32,000 nt of DNA from Vibrio alginolyticus NBRC 15630 = ATCC 17749 (GTDB lineage Bacteria; Pseudomonadota; Gammaproteobacteria; Enterobacterales; Vibrionaceae), in the NCBI RefSeq assembly GCF_000354175.2, contig NC_022359.1, positions 120,001 to 152,000 on the forward strand. Reading direction: 5' to 3'. Position 1 is the stretch's first letter. The number at the start of each line of letters is the position of its first letter. This document shows, piece by piece, positions 1 through 8,916 of this stretch. The notes beneath the pieces are model-generated. The model was given only the letters and a program-made list of their open reading frames with translations, did no database searches and was not told the origin of the DNA. A program made the position numbers and the translations under genes.

Positions 1-1126
1 CCCACTGAGGAGGCGTAGTCATCGACATGCTTCGGATACGAATTTTGTTTGATTCAAAATCGCCCAATGTGCTTAGCCAAGCGACATTACCATCGTGTTC
101 CAATGGCAGTATCACTTTTTCCTGCCCTTGGTAAGAATACACCGTCAATGTCGACAAGTTGTTTGGCTTACTAAGTGCCACAACTCCTGCATCATAAAGG
201 TAGAACTGTTCAAGCGGCTCACGAGGATTGGTAAAGCGTTGCCATGTTGCGCCAAGCGGTGCGAGTTCGGCTTGGTAAAGGGCGAACTTTCCTTCCAGGT
301 TGCTTTTAAGATAAATGTAACCTTTCGCCACATCCGCGTAATATTCCACACCCACTTCAGGCTTTCGCAATGAATCTGAGACAGTGCCCGTTTCTAGGTC
401 GACAAGCTTCTGCTCTGTTGTTGACTCGTTGTTGCTTTGCAGCACAGCATAACGGCTATCTGCCGCACGATAGAAAGAAAGTAACCAATCTGACTTGGGT
501 TCATTCCATAGGACTGTTTTTGCCAAAGATTCAGTGGAGATACGTAAGATCTGATGAGGTCGCTGGGTGCGCTTTTCTTTTGCAACGAGGAATGCCACTT
601 TCCCGTTAGGTGACAACAATACGCCACTATCGACGTGCGTCGCCAGTTCCGTAGATTGACCGGAGAGTAAATCAACAACCACAGCACGATATTGTTCGCT
701 GCCGTCGATATCTTCCGTGAAAAGGAGCGTGTCACCATTCACTTGCCATTGACCAAGTTGGTAGTACTGATGCGCAGATTGTCGTTCATCGAAATCGAAC
801 ACCACGTTTTCTGGTGCATGTTGACTCGCACGGGATAACAGTAAGTAACGACCATCGCGACGCGTTAGCGTCCACTCTCTTCCACTCACGATCGACCATG
901 GCTTATCACCTTTGTCTGCCACCATGGTATCCCACTGCGTGAGTAGGTTTTTTGTCAACGTCTGATAACTTTTTTGGTGCTGTTCAGTTTTGTGGTTTTG
1001 TTCTGTTAGGTAGGTAAGAACTCGCTCATCTTTACGAGCATCATCTCGAAGCCAGTTGAAATCATCAGCAGCAAAGCCAGAACTAGAGGTAATTATGAGC
1101 CCTAAAAAAACATGAGTAAATTTCAT
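1..1126 (-). CDS. ptrB: S9A serine peptidase, oligopeptidase B (protease II)-like. Only the N-terminal beta-propeller part is present; the gene runs off the left edge.
   Basis: Absent from the ORF track because no stop lies in the window. Manual reverse translation from the ATG at 1126 gives MKFTHVFLGLIITSSSGFAADDFNWLRDDARKDERVLTYLTEQNHKTEQHQKSYQTL... I checked every codon in this frame down to position 2 and found no stop. The WLRDD..VL.YL..(E/Q)N motif is typical of PtrB and prolyl oligopeptidase N-termini. The hydrophobic N-terminus ending in an AxA-like site looks like a signal peptide. Confidence 0.8.
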   Translation of the reverse strand, partial: MKFTHVFLGLIITSSSGFAADDFNWLRDDARKDERVLTYLTEQNHKTEQHQKSYQTLTKNLLTQWDTMVADKGDKPWSIVSGREWTLTRRDGRYLLLSRASQHAPENVVFDFDERQSAHQYYQLGQWQVNGDTLLFTEDIDGSEQYRAVVVDLLSGQSTELATHVDSGVLLSPNGKVAFLVAKEKRTQRPHQILRISTESLAKTVLWNEPKSDWLLSFYRAADSRYAVLQSNNESTTEQKLVDLETGTVSDSLRKPEVGVEYYADVAKGYIYLKSNLEGKFALYQAELAPLGATWQRFTNPREPLEQFYLYDAGVVALSKPNNLSTLTVYSYQGQEKVILPLEHDGNVAWLSTLGDFESNKIRIRSMSMTTPPQW

Positions 1127-1385
1127 ATAGAGAGCGAATTCATTTATAGGATTAATACAATGGCGCGTATTCTGCCCTTAAATAAAAATGAGATCAATTA
1201 TCATTTTCATGATCATGTAAGATTTTTATCTAGTGTGTGAGGAAAAACGTTTGCTTTGACCGAGGTTATAAAACTTAATAACTTCCTAAATTAGCGTTCT
1301 ATGCTGTTTATATACAACCAGACAGATATAAAAGCTGACTAACGAGTGAGTATGGAAAGACGCTATTTCACCTAGCGACAGACAT

Positions 1386-1415
1386 AAAAAATCCGAGTGC
1401 GAACACTCGGATTTT
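1386..1415 (-). terminator. Rho-independent terminator downstream of the helicase gene
   Basis: Perfect hairpin aaaaatccgagtg-cgaa-cactcggattttt. It has A/T runs on both sides, so a U-tract is available on the minus strand. Confidence 0.8.
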
Positions 1416-1450
1416 TAAGAACTAAAATCAATGGGAAACTACAGCAGCTT

Positions 1451-2794
1451 TTACTCTTCAGAGCTCGGTGCCGCTGGTTTTTTCTTAGGGATGAAGACAT
1501 CATCACCCACAGATACGTTTTTGTAGAAGCTCTTGTCACGCTTAGCTGGTTTTTTCGCCGATTTTTTCGCTTGAGGGCGAGCTTTCTTTGCGGTCGCTTT
1601 CTTATTGCGGAAATCTGGTTTAGGTGGCTTAAGGCCTTTAAACTTACCTTTCAAATCTTCGAACAATGAAAACTCAAGATCTTGTTGTAGGTATGCTTCT
1701 ACACGTTTAAAGCTATCCCAGTCTTTTGGACCAACAAGAGAGATTGCATCCCCTTTGTTTCCAGCACGACCAGTACGACCAACTCGGTGTACGTATTCTT
1801 CGGTATGCTTTGGCATATCGAAGTTGATGACGTGTGTCACAGTTGCAATATCCAAACCGCGGGAAGCAACATCAGTCGTTACAAGGATCTTAAATACTGC
1901 GCGCTCAAACTGACTCATAATGGTGTTACGTTGAGTCTGGTTCAAGTTACCACTTAGTGCTACAGCCTTCAGTTTCTTTTCGTTCAGCTTTTCTGTTAGT
2001 CGCTCAGTATCATCACGCGTTGCCGTAAAGATAATAACTTGACGGTATTCAGCCTCAGAAAGAACACGATCTAAAATTGCCTCTTTATGATCTAGGTGAT
2101 CACACAAGTAAAATTTTTGCGTGATATCTTTATGTTCTTCGTTAGAAACGCCGATAGCAATTCGCTTTGGCGCATTGAGCATTTCAGCCGCGATTTCATT
2201 GACGTCTGCATGATCTAATGTCGCAGAGAACATCAACGTTTGACGACGACGATGCTTGGCTGCTTTATGAATGCGACGAAGCTCTGGTGCAAAGCCCAAA
2301 TCCAACATACGGTCTGCTTCGTCCAGAATTAGCGTTTCCAAACCATCCAGATAAAGCGAACGGTGCTCTAAGTGATCAGCCAAACGTCCTGGTGTCGCCA
2401 CGATAAATTTCGGGTAACGACGCAGAGCTTTTACCTGATCGTTAAAGTTCTCACCACCCAAAATCAGTGCTGCTTCATAAGATAGGCCAGCTAGCATAGA
2501 ACGAAGCTCACCATATACTTGTTTCGCTAGCTCACGAGTAGGAGCAAGGATTACCGCGCGAGGGTCTTTCGCAGAAAACGATTTTGTCTTTAAAGACTTA
2601 TGAAGCATTGGCAATACAAACGCCAAAGTCTTGCCCGAACCTGTTTTCGAAGATGCCAATAGATCCTTGCCTGCAATCGCAACAGGAATCGCCTGCTGCT
2701 GAATGTCAGTCGCTTTTTTAAAATCGTAGTGTTTTAGGTTCTTCAACAATCGGTTGTCTAGGCCTAGATCTTTAAATTGCAAAGTATTCTCCAA
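1451..2794 (-). CDS. DEAD-box ATP-dependent RNA helicase (SrmB/RhlE-like) with a lysine-rich C-terminal tail
   Basis: 447-aa ORF. Motifs seen: Q-motif region, Walker A SKTGSGKT, PTRELA, DEAD (LDEADRML), SAT, HRVGRTGRAG. The basic KKxxAKK tail is typical of ribosome-biogenesis helicases. Confidence 0.92.
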   Translation of the reverse strand: MENTLQFKDLGLDNRLLKNLKHYDFKKATDIQQQAIPVAIAGKDLLASSKTGSGKTLAFVLPMLHKSLKTKSFSAKDPRAVILAPTRELAKQVYGELRSMLAGLSYEAALILGGENFNDQVKALRRYPKFIVATPGRLADHLEHRSLYLDGLETLILDEADRMLDLGFAPELRRIHKAAKHRRRQTLMFSATLDHADVNEIAAEMLNAPKRIAIGVSNEEHKDITQKFYLCDHLDHKEAILDRVLSEAEYRQVIIFTATRDDTERLTEKLNEKKLKAVALSGNLNQTQRNTIMSQFERAVFKILVTTDVASRGLDIATVTHVINFDMPKHTEEYVHRVGRTGRAGNKGDAISLVGPKDWDSFKRVEAYLQQDLEFSLFEDLKGKFKGLKPPKPDFRNKKATAKKARPQAKKSAKKPAKRDKSFYKNVSVGDDVFIPKKKPAAPSSEE

Positions 2795-3344
2795 TAAATC
2801 AGTCAGCGTCTGAGCGCTCTGTAGTGTCGTTTCCGCTCTAACGCAGCAAAAAAATAAAGCTCGGTATAATACCGCAAATCATAGGAGTATAGATAGAGAT
2901 CACACAAACTAATTCCCTGTGGTAACGGTAAAACATCATTTGTGGCTCAGTTCAGAGTAAAGACTAGCCTTTTTGATGAGCAGCTGGACAGGAAGTTTAG
3001 AGAAAAGCCGTTCAAATATGCCTTCTATCCATCAACAAAACGACTTAAATAGCAGTTATTTGGGCCAATAAACTTTCATTTGTGTCAATATCGTCTAAAT
3101 TATTGATATCAGGAACGTGGCAAATACACCTGCTATGAAAACTGTTGTGAGAACGAAATAAAGGATAGGTAGTTAAACTTTGTTAAGTTCAGGTAAAAGT
3201 TGACGTCAGGTACTCCATGAAATTCTTGGGTTTTTTTGACTTTTGCTACATCATGTACTGATAAAATGTAACCACATTTAACCTCGCTACTGTATAAAAT
3301 AATAGCTAGTGGCGAGACTTTCACTATAAGCAAGGAGTTCTTAT

Positions 3345-3599
3345 ATGAACAAAACGTTGATCGCAGCTGCAGCAACTTCAGTACTTCTACTAGCCGGTTG
3401 TGCTTCTTCTGATGACGCAGCTACAGCAAATGCAGCAAAATTAGACGAACTAAGCAACCAAGTTAGCCAACTAAGCCAAGACGTACAAGCTCTTCAATCT
3501 GACGTTCAAAAATCAGGCGCAGCAGCAATGGCTGCTCAAGAAGAAGCTGAGCGTGCTAACGAGCGTATCGATAACATCGCTCAGTCTTACACTAAGTAA
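3345..3599 (+). CDS. lpp: Braun-type major outer membrane lipoprotein Lpp
   Basis: 84 aa. Signal peptide with lipobox LLAGC, an alanine/glutamine-rich coiled coil, and a C-terminal ...SYTK ending in Lys, the residue that cross-links to peptidoglycan. Good SD (aaggag) upstream. Confidence 0.9.
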   Translation: MNKTLIAAAATSVLLLAGCASSDDAATANAAKLDELSNQVSQLSQDVQALQSDVQKSGAAAMAAQEEAERANERIDNIAQSYTK

Positions 3600-3608
3600 G
3601 ATTTGATA

Positions 3609-3636
3609 CCGCGTCTTAACGCCCGTTAAGGCGCGG
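3609..3636 (+). terminator. Hairpin terminator after lpp; it overlaps the 3' end of the convergent ldt gene
   Basis: ccgcgtcttaac-gccc-gttaaggcgcgg forms a 12-bp stem with one G-U pair, followed by ttattt. Confidence 0.7.
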
Positions 3637-4552
3637 TTATTTCGACGGGAACCCCATTCTGTGCAGCGATTGCTGCTTTAGCCTTCACGTTTTTCATACC
3701 GAATTCATCCAGCCACCACTTTAACTCTTTCGGCACTTTGAGTTCATCTTTCTCGCCATTACTACGAGTCAAAGGCTCATGTGCTTCTAAGAACACACTT
3801 CTGTCAGGCTCAAGTGTCATTTTGATAGGCTGGTTAATGATGTTAACGTCTTCGCCGTTACGAACCTTGTCAAATAACCACTCAATGTCACTTGGGTCCA
3901 TACGAATACAACCCGCGCTGACTCGCATACCAATCCCAAAGTCCTTGTTGGTACCATGAATTAGGTATTCGCCATTCCCGTAAGCTAAACGCAATGCAAA
4001 CATACCAAGTGGATTATCAGGCCCCGCAGGAACAACGGCTGGTAGGTCAATGCCCTTTGCTTTGTACTCGGCACGAATAGAGGCTGGAGGAGTCCATGTA
4101 GGGTTCGGTCGTTTTTGGCTGATACGCGTTGTCATTACTGGGGTATCGCGCCCTATTCGGCCAATTCCGACAGGAAATACATGGACAATATTCTCTCCTT
4201 TCGGAAAGTAATATAAGCGCAGCTCGGCTAGATTAATAACGATACCTTTATAAGGTACGTCTGGGAGGATTAGCTGTGTCGGAATAGTAAGAACATGCCC
4301 CTCTTCTGGTAAGAAGGGATCCACGCCTTTGTTTGCGGCCATTAAACCTAGCATACCCACATCGTAGAGCTTAGCGATATTTGCCATGGTTTCGCCTTCT
4401 TGCACGACGTGGTTTTCAAGGCGACCAATTAAACGGCTTCCATCCTCTGGTAATTCGTACATCTTAGCGAATGATAGACCACTCACTAAAGATAACGACA
4501 CAGATAGCAGGGTACGTTTTGCGAAACTCATTGATCGCTTTTTGCTAAGCAT
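3626..4552 (-). CDS. L,D-transpeptidase of the YbiS/ErfK/YcfS (LdtA-C) type, with LysM and YkuD domains
   Basis: 308 aa with a signal peptide. It is collinear with my recollection of E. coli YbiS: LPxDGSRL(I/V)G, PAVVPAGPDNP(L/M)G, HGTN..FGIG.RVS.GC(I/V)R. The catalytic motif SAGCIRM is present. An alternative start at Met8 is possible. Confidence 0.9.
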   Translation of the reverse strand: MLSKKRSMSFAKRTLLSVSLSLVSGLSFAKMYELPEDGSRLIGRLENHVVQEGETMANIAKLYDVGMLGLMAANKGVDPFLPEEGHVLTIPTQLILPDVPYKGIVINLAELRLYYFPKGENIVHVFPVGIGRIGRDTPVMTTRISQKRPNPTWTPPASIRAEYKAKGIDLPAVVPAGPDNPLGMFALRLAYGNGEYLIHGTNKDFGIGMRVSAGCIRMDPSDIEWLFDKVRNGEDVNIINQPIKMTLEPDRSVFLEAHEPLTRSNGEKDELKVPKELKWWLDEFGMKNVKAKAAIAAQNGVPVEITAP

Positions 4553-4558
4553 TTCACT

Positions 4559-5974
4559 CTATTCCTTGGCACTTTTAAAGAGCTGTAAGGTTATCTCTCT
4601 TTCTGTCTTGTGATCAACCATCGGCTTGTGATATTCCAGTAAAGAAAAGCCCTCCCAAGTCCAAGGTTTATGGATGTATTTGTTCGGTACACTTTTGATT
4701 TCTGGTACCCAGTGGCGCACAAATTCACCATTAGCATCGAACTTTTCGCCTTGGCTTATCGGGTTGAAAATACGAAAGTATGGCTGCCCGTCACAGCCCG
4801 TAGAAGCAGACCATTGCCAGCCACCATTGTTCGCTGCAAAATCGCCGTCCACCAGCTTACTCATGAAGTACGCTTCTCCCCATCGCCAATCAATATGTAA
4901 GTCCTTGGTAAGAAAGCTCGCGACAATCATACGTAATCGGTTGTGCATCCAGCCTGTTTGATTGAGCTGACGCATTGCTGCATCAACGATTGGGTATCCT
5001 GTTGTTCCTGTCTTCCATCGCTCAAAGGCTTTCTCATCATAGGACCACTGGATTTTATCCTCCCAATCGATAAATCCTTTGCCTTTGACGAGTTTTGGTT
5101 CGAAAACCAATAGGTGCTGATAAAACTCACGCCAAATGATCTCACTTAGCCAAGTTGCTTTCCCTTCTGTAAGGTCATTTTGTTGATTTTCAGCATACAA
5201 ACGAGCAATACACTGCCTTGGTGATAGTGCGCCAATCGCAAGGTATGGAGACAGTTGGCTAGTGCCATCAATAGCTGGAAAGTCTCGCTCGCTTTGATAC
5301 GCGTCACTGCGCTCCCGTGCAAATTCCCTAAGCTGCTTCAAAATATCATTAGTCGAAGCCAGCCAGTCTTCACTGGATTCTCGAGGATAGCTAAATGTGA
5401 AGCTTGAATTAAATCGAGCCGACTCTAATTGTTCGAGTACCTTTTTATTGAGTGGCGCTTGCTCGTGAGGTTTTACTACCGTCGGCATATGGAACTGCGT
5501 TAACCAAGCACGCTTGAATGGCGTAAATACCTTAAAATATTCGCCTTGCTTATTAAGAACCGTCGTTGGCGCGTGCACACATTTGTCATGAAACAGTTCA
5601 AATTCGATATCGTGAGAAGCTAACGCTTCACTTACTTGTGTATCGAGCTCTCGTTCGTTCACCTCATAGTGAATGTTTGCCATGACAGACGTGGCTTCAA
5701 GTGTTTCCGCCCACCCACTAATCACATCTGTACAATCGGAAAACGACGGCACCTCTTTGTACAAAAAAGGAATATTAAGGCTTTCAAGCTCCTCGTTAAG
5801 ACAAGCTAAGCGACGAGCAATGAGGTCTGCCTGCATCGGCGCCATGTGATGCTCCCGCCACTGCTCTGGCGTCGCGATAAAGCAAGCGACGACAGGCTGA
5901 CCTGAATCCAATGCCGCTTTGAGTGCCGTGTGGTCTAACGTACGCAAGTCACGTCGAAACCATACTAAAATCAT
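4559..5974 (-). CDS. phrB: Deoxyribodipyrimidine (CPD) photolyase, class I
   Basis: 471 aa. N-terminal (I/L)VWFRRDLR..DH.AL, and a C-terminal FAD-binding region with TGYPIVDAAMRQL..TGWMHNR.RM..ASFL and GGWQW. Confidence 0.93.
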   Translation of the reverse strand: MILVWFRRDLRTLDHTALKAALDSGQPVVACFIATPEQWREHHMAPMQADLIARRLACLNEELESLNIPFLYKEVPSFSDCTDVISGWAETLEATSVMANIHYEVNERELDTQVSEALASHDIEFELFHDKCVHAPTTVLNKQGEYFKVFTPFKRAWLTQFHMPTVVKPHEQAPLNKKVLEQLESARFNSSFTFSYPRESSEDWLASTNDILKQLREFARERSDAYQSERDFPAIDGTSQLSPYLAIGALSPRQCIARLYAENQQNDLTEGKATWLSEIIWREFYQHLLVFEPKLVKGKGFIDWEDKIQWSYDEKAFERWKTGTTGYPIVDAAMRQLNQTGWMHNRLRMIVASFLTKDLHIDWRWGEAYFMSKLVDGDFAANNGGWQWSASTGCDGQPYFRIFNPISQGEKFDANGEFVRHWVPEIKSVPNKYIHKPWTWEGFSLLEYHKPMVDHKTEREITLQLFKSAKE

Positions 5975-5996
5975 GGTAGCTCCTATCTTTTGTCTA

Positions 5997-6797
5997 CTAA
6001 GTTAGGTGTAATTTCTCTATCACTTCAGAGCACCCCATCCGATCACCTAGCTGTGCGTGAAGCATTTTGATGGACGCTACTTGTTTAGCAGCTAGTGCTT
6101 TATTGGAGAAAAGGTAGATAAACGAACCATTTTCAATGACCTCGTGATCTAGTAGACCAGAAACATCATCAACCTTATCGATCAAAGTCGTGTGATACCC
6201 TTGTTCACAAAGCTTCGCTGCTTGAATCCAACTCTCAGATTCTCTGTTTTGTTCAAAGCTAATGAGCAGACACTTTCCTTTGGAAGCGGCTTTGTTTTCA
6301 GAATCGATAACAAGGGCAAGACGAGTGATCAAACAAGTCTGAAATAACCCCACCTGCAAGGATCGCAACGATCCTTTTACCATATCTAGCGCATCAAATA
6401 CTGGGCTAATAAACTGATCAATAACGAGTTTTAGTGGGTACTCTTTAAGAACAGAGGCAAGTAAACTCTCTGCTTTTCCTCGATTCAGGGTAGACAGCGC
6501 AAGCAGCATGTTTTCAACTTCTTCGAGTGTGCGAACCTCGTTTTTGACTTCGACATCGGCGCTTTTTCCTAGCAGCCCCTTCACTTTACCAATCGAAATC
6601 CCCTTCGCGAGCCAACTCTGGACTTCGCGAATCGTATCGAGATCTTGCTGGCGATAGAGTCTGTGTCCTTTTTCAGTTCGCTGAGGCTGGATCAAGTTGT
6701 ATCTTCGTTGCCAAGCTCTCAGCGTAACTGGTTTTACACCCGTGATTTCTGCGACATCTCGGATCGCGTATAGTTTTTCTTCTGAACTACAAACCAT
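5997..6797 (-). CDS. MerR-family transcriptional regulator, LitR/CarH-like architecture, without a visible canonical B12-binding His motif
   Basis: 266 aa. N-terminal MerR HTH (YAIRDVAEITGVKPVTLRAWQRRYNL..P.RTEKGHRLY). An additional ~170-aa C-terminal domain in which I see no DxHxxG-type motif. Its start overlaps the ybgA-like stop by 11 nt, and phrB lies 22 nt downstream. Confidence 0.8.
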   Translation of the reverse strand: MVCSSEEKLYAIRDVAEITGVKPVTLRAWQRRYNLIQPQRTEKGHRLYRQQDLDTIREVQSWLAKGISIGKVKGLLGKSADVEVKNEVRTLEEVENMLLALSTLNRGKAESLLASVLKEYPLKLVIDQFISPVFDALDMVKGSLRSLQVGLFQTCLITRLALVIDSENKAASKGKCLLISFEQNRESESWIQAAKLCEQGYHTTLIDKVDDVSGLLDHEVIENGSFIYLFSNKALAAKQVASIKMLHAQLGDRMGCSEVIEKLHLT

Positions 6798-7737
6798 AGC
6801 GTAATCTCATCTCCTGCGGATACGGTTCTAAAAACTTCTGTTTTGATAAATACTCGTCTGGGTAAGTATTTAAGTAATGCTTAATCAACGTAAGTGGTGC
6901 TAGCAGAGGCAGCATTCCAATACGGTAGTCGTGAATCACTGTCGCTAACTCTTCTTTTTCTTCTTTAGTTAGTGAGCGTTTGAAGTACCCTTGTAAATGC
7001 ATCAACACATTTGTGTTATTTTTGCGGCTAGCCCGATTCGTTAACGCCTTCATCAGTCCTAAACGATACTCTTGGTAAAAGTCTTCAATTTCATAATTAG
7101 CGACATCGGCAACTAAGCGGCCAAGGGATCGGTATGACTCTGGGTGGTGTGCCATTAACGTCAGTTTGTAGCGCGAATGAAAGTCGATGATTTTGCCACG
7201 AGTAGGCTCACCATCCATCGAGTCGTAAAAGTCATTTAGACAAAATACTCGAGTAATAAAATTTTCTTTCAATACAGGGTCGTTAAGTCTGCCATCCTCT
7301 TCAACAGGCAACCAAGGCATTTTTTGCATCAATGTTTGTGTATACAAGCCAACACCTTCTTTCGCAGCACTGTTCTTGCTGTAAACCTTGACTCGCTCCA
7401 TGCCACAAGTTGGTGACTTGGCACAAACGATGTAACCACAAAGCTGCTCGCTTTGAAGTTCATCTACTTTATTGGCCGAGTAAGTGAGCATATTGTCGGT
7501 ATGATCATTTTCTGGATTTTTGGTTTCAACCAATGCAACACGCTCTTCATTAGAAACAAGACGAATTGTTGGACGGGGTACTGGCATACCTACGCCGACT
7601 TCAGGGCATACCGAAACAAAGTCAAAATACGGGCTGAGCTCTTTAGTCACAAAGTTGCTCACCTTATGACCAGAGTCAAAACGCACTCGTTCACCCAAAA
7701 CACACGAACTGATACCTACTTTGATTGAAGATTCCAT
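6787..7737 (-). CDS. ybgA: YbgA-like protein, DUF523 (TudS-type) fused to DUF1722
   Basis: 316 aa. The N-terminal (I/V)G(I/V)S.CLLGE.VR(F/Y)DG..K pattern of DUF523 is present as VGISSCVLGERVRFDSGHK. The C-terminal half resembles E. coli YbgA. The ybgA-phr linkage is known from E. coli. Confidence 0.8.
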   Translation of the reverse strand: MESSIKVGISSCVLGERVRFDSGHKVSNFVTKELSPYFDFVSVCPEVGVGMPVPRPTIRLVSNEERVALVETKNPENDHTDNMLTYSANKVDELQSEQLCGYIVCAKSPTCGMERVKVYSKNSAAKEGVGLYTQTLMQKMPWLPVEEDGRLNDPVLKENFITRVFCLNDFYDSMDGEPTRGKIIDFHSRYKLTLMAHHPESYRSLGRLVADVANYEIEDFYQEYRLGLMKALTNRASRKNNTNVLMHLQGYFKRSLTKEEKEELATVIHDYRIGMLPLLAPLTLIKHYLNTYPDEYLSKQKFLEPYPQEMRLRYGL

Positions 7738-7750
7738 GATGACGCATCCC

Positions 7751-7819
7751 TATACAAAAAGTTTTGTTGTATAACTTATAGCAAGCCTTTCCAGATTGTA
7801 CAAGAAAATAAGTTGTACA
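7751..7819 (-). promoter_or_regulatory. Two tandem candidate operators, TRTAYA-N11-TRTAYA, in the promoter/leader of the ybgA-merR-phrB cluster
   Basis: TATACA 7751-7756 and TGTATA 7768-7773 are separated by 11 nt. TGTACA 7797-7802 and TGTACA 7814-7819 are also separated by 11 nt. In gene orientation the promoter-distal pair overlaps a TACAAT -10-like hexamer (7800..7795). Confidence 0.5.
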
Positions 7820-8001
7820 ATTTAATCGTTTTACTTCACTCGAAAGTATTTCGATCAACCAGCTTTCAGAAAAAAGTTTGGCCCAAAAACAAAGAATTTG
7901 TGCGCGCAATCGACAAACTGCTCAAAAGCAAATCGATTGCTCTTTTGGTTTCAACAGATTTAGTTATCAATAGGAGTTGCAGTTTCTAAATACGTGGTTT
8001 T

Positions 8002-8017
8002 TGTGACTAAGCTCTCA
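8002..8017 (+). promoter_or_regulatory. CRP-like site upstream of deoD
   Basis: TGTGA-ctaagc-TCTCA compared with the consensus TGTGA-N6-TCACA (9 of 10). It lies about 85 bp upstream of a TATAAT hexamer at 8092-8097. Confidence 0.3.
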
Positions 8018-8135
8018 AGGGGCTACTGTACGTCCCGATATTATTGCCTCAACGAAAACGAACAAGTTCAACAGAATTGGTAATAGCGTTCTATAATAGA
8101 GGCGTTTTATCAAAACAAAACTTTGGAGAGCACTT

Positions 8136-8846
8136 ATGGCAACCCCACACATTAACGCACAACCAGGTGATTTCGCTGAAACAGTTCTGATGCCAGGCGA
8201 CCCGTTGCGCGCTAAATACATCGCTGAAACGTTCCTAGAAGATGTGAAACAAGTTTGTGACGTTCGCAACATGTTCGGCTTTACTGGCACTTACAAAGGC
8301 AAAAAAGTTTCTGTAATGGGCCACGGCATGGGTATCCCGTCTTGCTGTATCTACGTACACGAGCTAATCGCTGAATACGGCGTGAAAAACGTTATCCGTG
8401 TAGGTAGCTGTGGTGCAGTACGTGACGACGTGAAACTAATGGACGTTGTTATCGGTATGGGTGCTTCTACAGACTCTAAAGTTAACCGTATCCGTTTCAA
8501 CAACCACGATTTCGCAGCAATCGCTGATTACGGTCTTCTAGAAGAAGCAGTTAACCAAGCGCGCGCTCAGGAAGTGCCTGTAAAAGTAGGTAACGTATTC
8601 TCTGCAGACCTGTTCTACACACCAGAAGCAGACATCTTCGAGAAGATGGAAAAACTAGGCATCCTAGGTGTAGACATGGAAGCGGCTGGTATCTACGGCG
8701 TAGCAGCTGACCTAGGCGCGAAAGCACTGACTATCCTGACAGTTTCTGACCACATCATCCGTGGTGAAAAACTAAGCTCAGAAGAGCGTCAGAAGTCGTT
8801 CAACGACATGATGAAAGTTGCACTAGAAACTGCAATCAACATCTAA
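8136..8846 (+). CDS. deoD: Purine nucleoside phosphorylase, DeoD type
   Basis: 236 aa. [37 protein letters not shown]...[12 protein letters not shown] is near-collinear with E. coli DeoD. SD ggagag upstream. Confidence 0.95.
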   Translation: MATPHINAQPGDFAETVLMPGDPLRAKYIAETFLEDVKQVCDVRNMFGFTGTYKGKKVSVMGHGMGIPSCCIYVHELIAEYGVKNVIRVGSCGAVRDDVKLMDVVIGMGASTDSKVNRIRFNNHDFAAIADYGLLEEAVNQARAQEVPVKVGNVFSADLFYTPEADIFEKMEKLGILGVDMEAAGIYGVAADLGAKALTILTVSDHIIRGEKLSSEERQKSFNDMMKVALETAINI

Positions 8847-8869
8847 GAACAAATAGTAAGTAATAATTT

Positions 8870-8892
8870 GCAGCCAGAGTTATGCTGGCTGC
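8870..8892 (+). terminator. GC-rich hairpin after deoD
   Basis: gcagccag-agttatg-ctggctgc, an 8-bp perfect stem. No clear U-tract follows. Confidence 0.5.
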
Positions 8893-8916
8893 CCGAATTA
8901 TCCCGAGGGGGCGATT

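Noticed and set aside
95-738. Four ORFs from the track (95..373 +, 145..351 -, 370..609 +, 394..738 -)
   Set aside because: All lie inside, and out of frame with, the continuous minus-strand oligopeptidase B reading frame. That frame is open from 1126 to the window edge and has clear family motifs. The short ORFs have low-complexity, Cys/Arg-rich translations typical of shadow ORFs.
1185-1215. Fur-box-like AT-rich sequences upstream of ptrB (gagatcaattatcattttc, 13 of 19) and upstream of the MFS gene (about 20660-20680, aataatgatattgcgaatt, 12 of 19)
   Set aside because: They are imperfect, non-palindromic matches in generally AT-rich intergenic DNA. At this match level, chance occurrence is likely and nothing in the gene functions supports iron control.
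2795-3344. Small RNA or small ORF in the 550-bp helicase-lpp intergenic region (for example the 32-codon ORF starting near 2976, and the TGACGTCA palindrome at about 3200)
   Set aside because: There is no SD for the small ORF and no terminator-like hairpin with a U-tract that would define an sRNA. The long spacer is adequately explained by a long 5' UTR of the DEAD-box helicase plus the lpp promoter.
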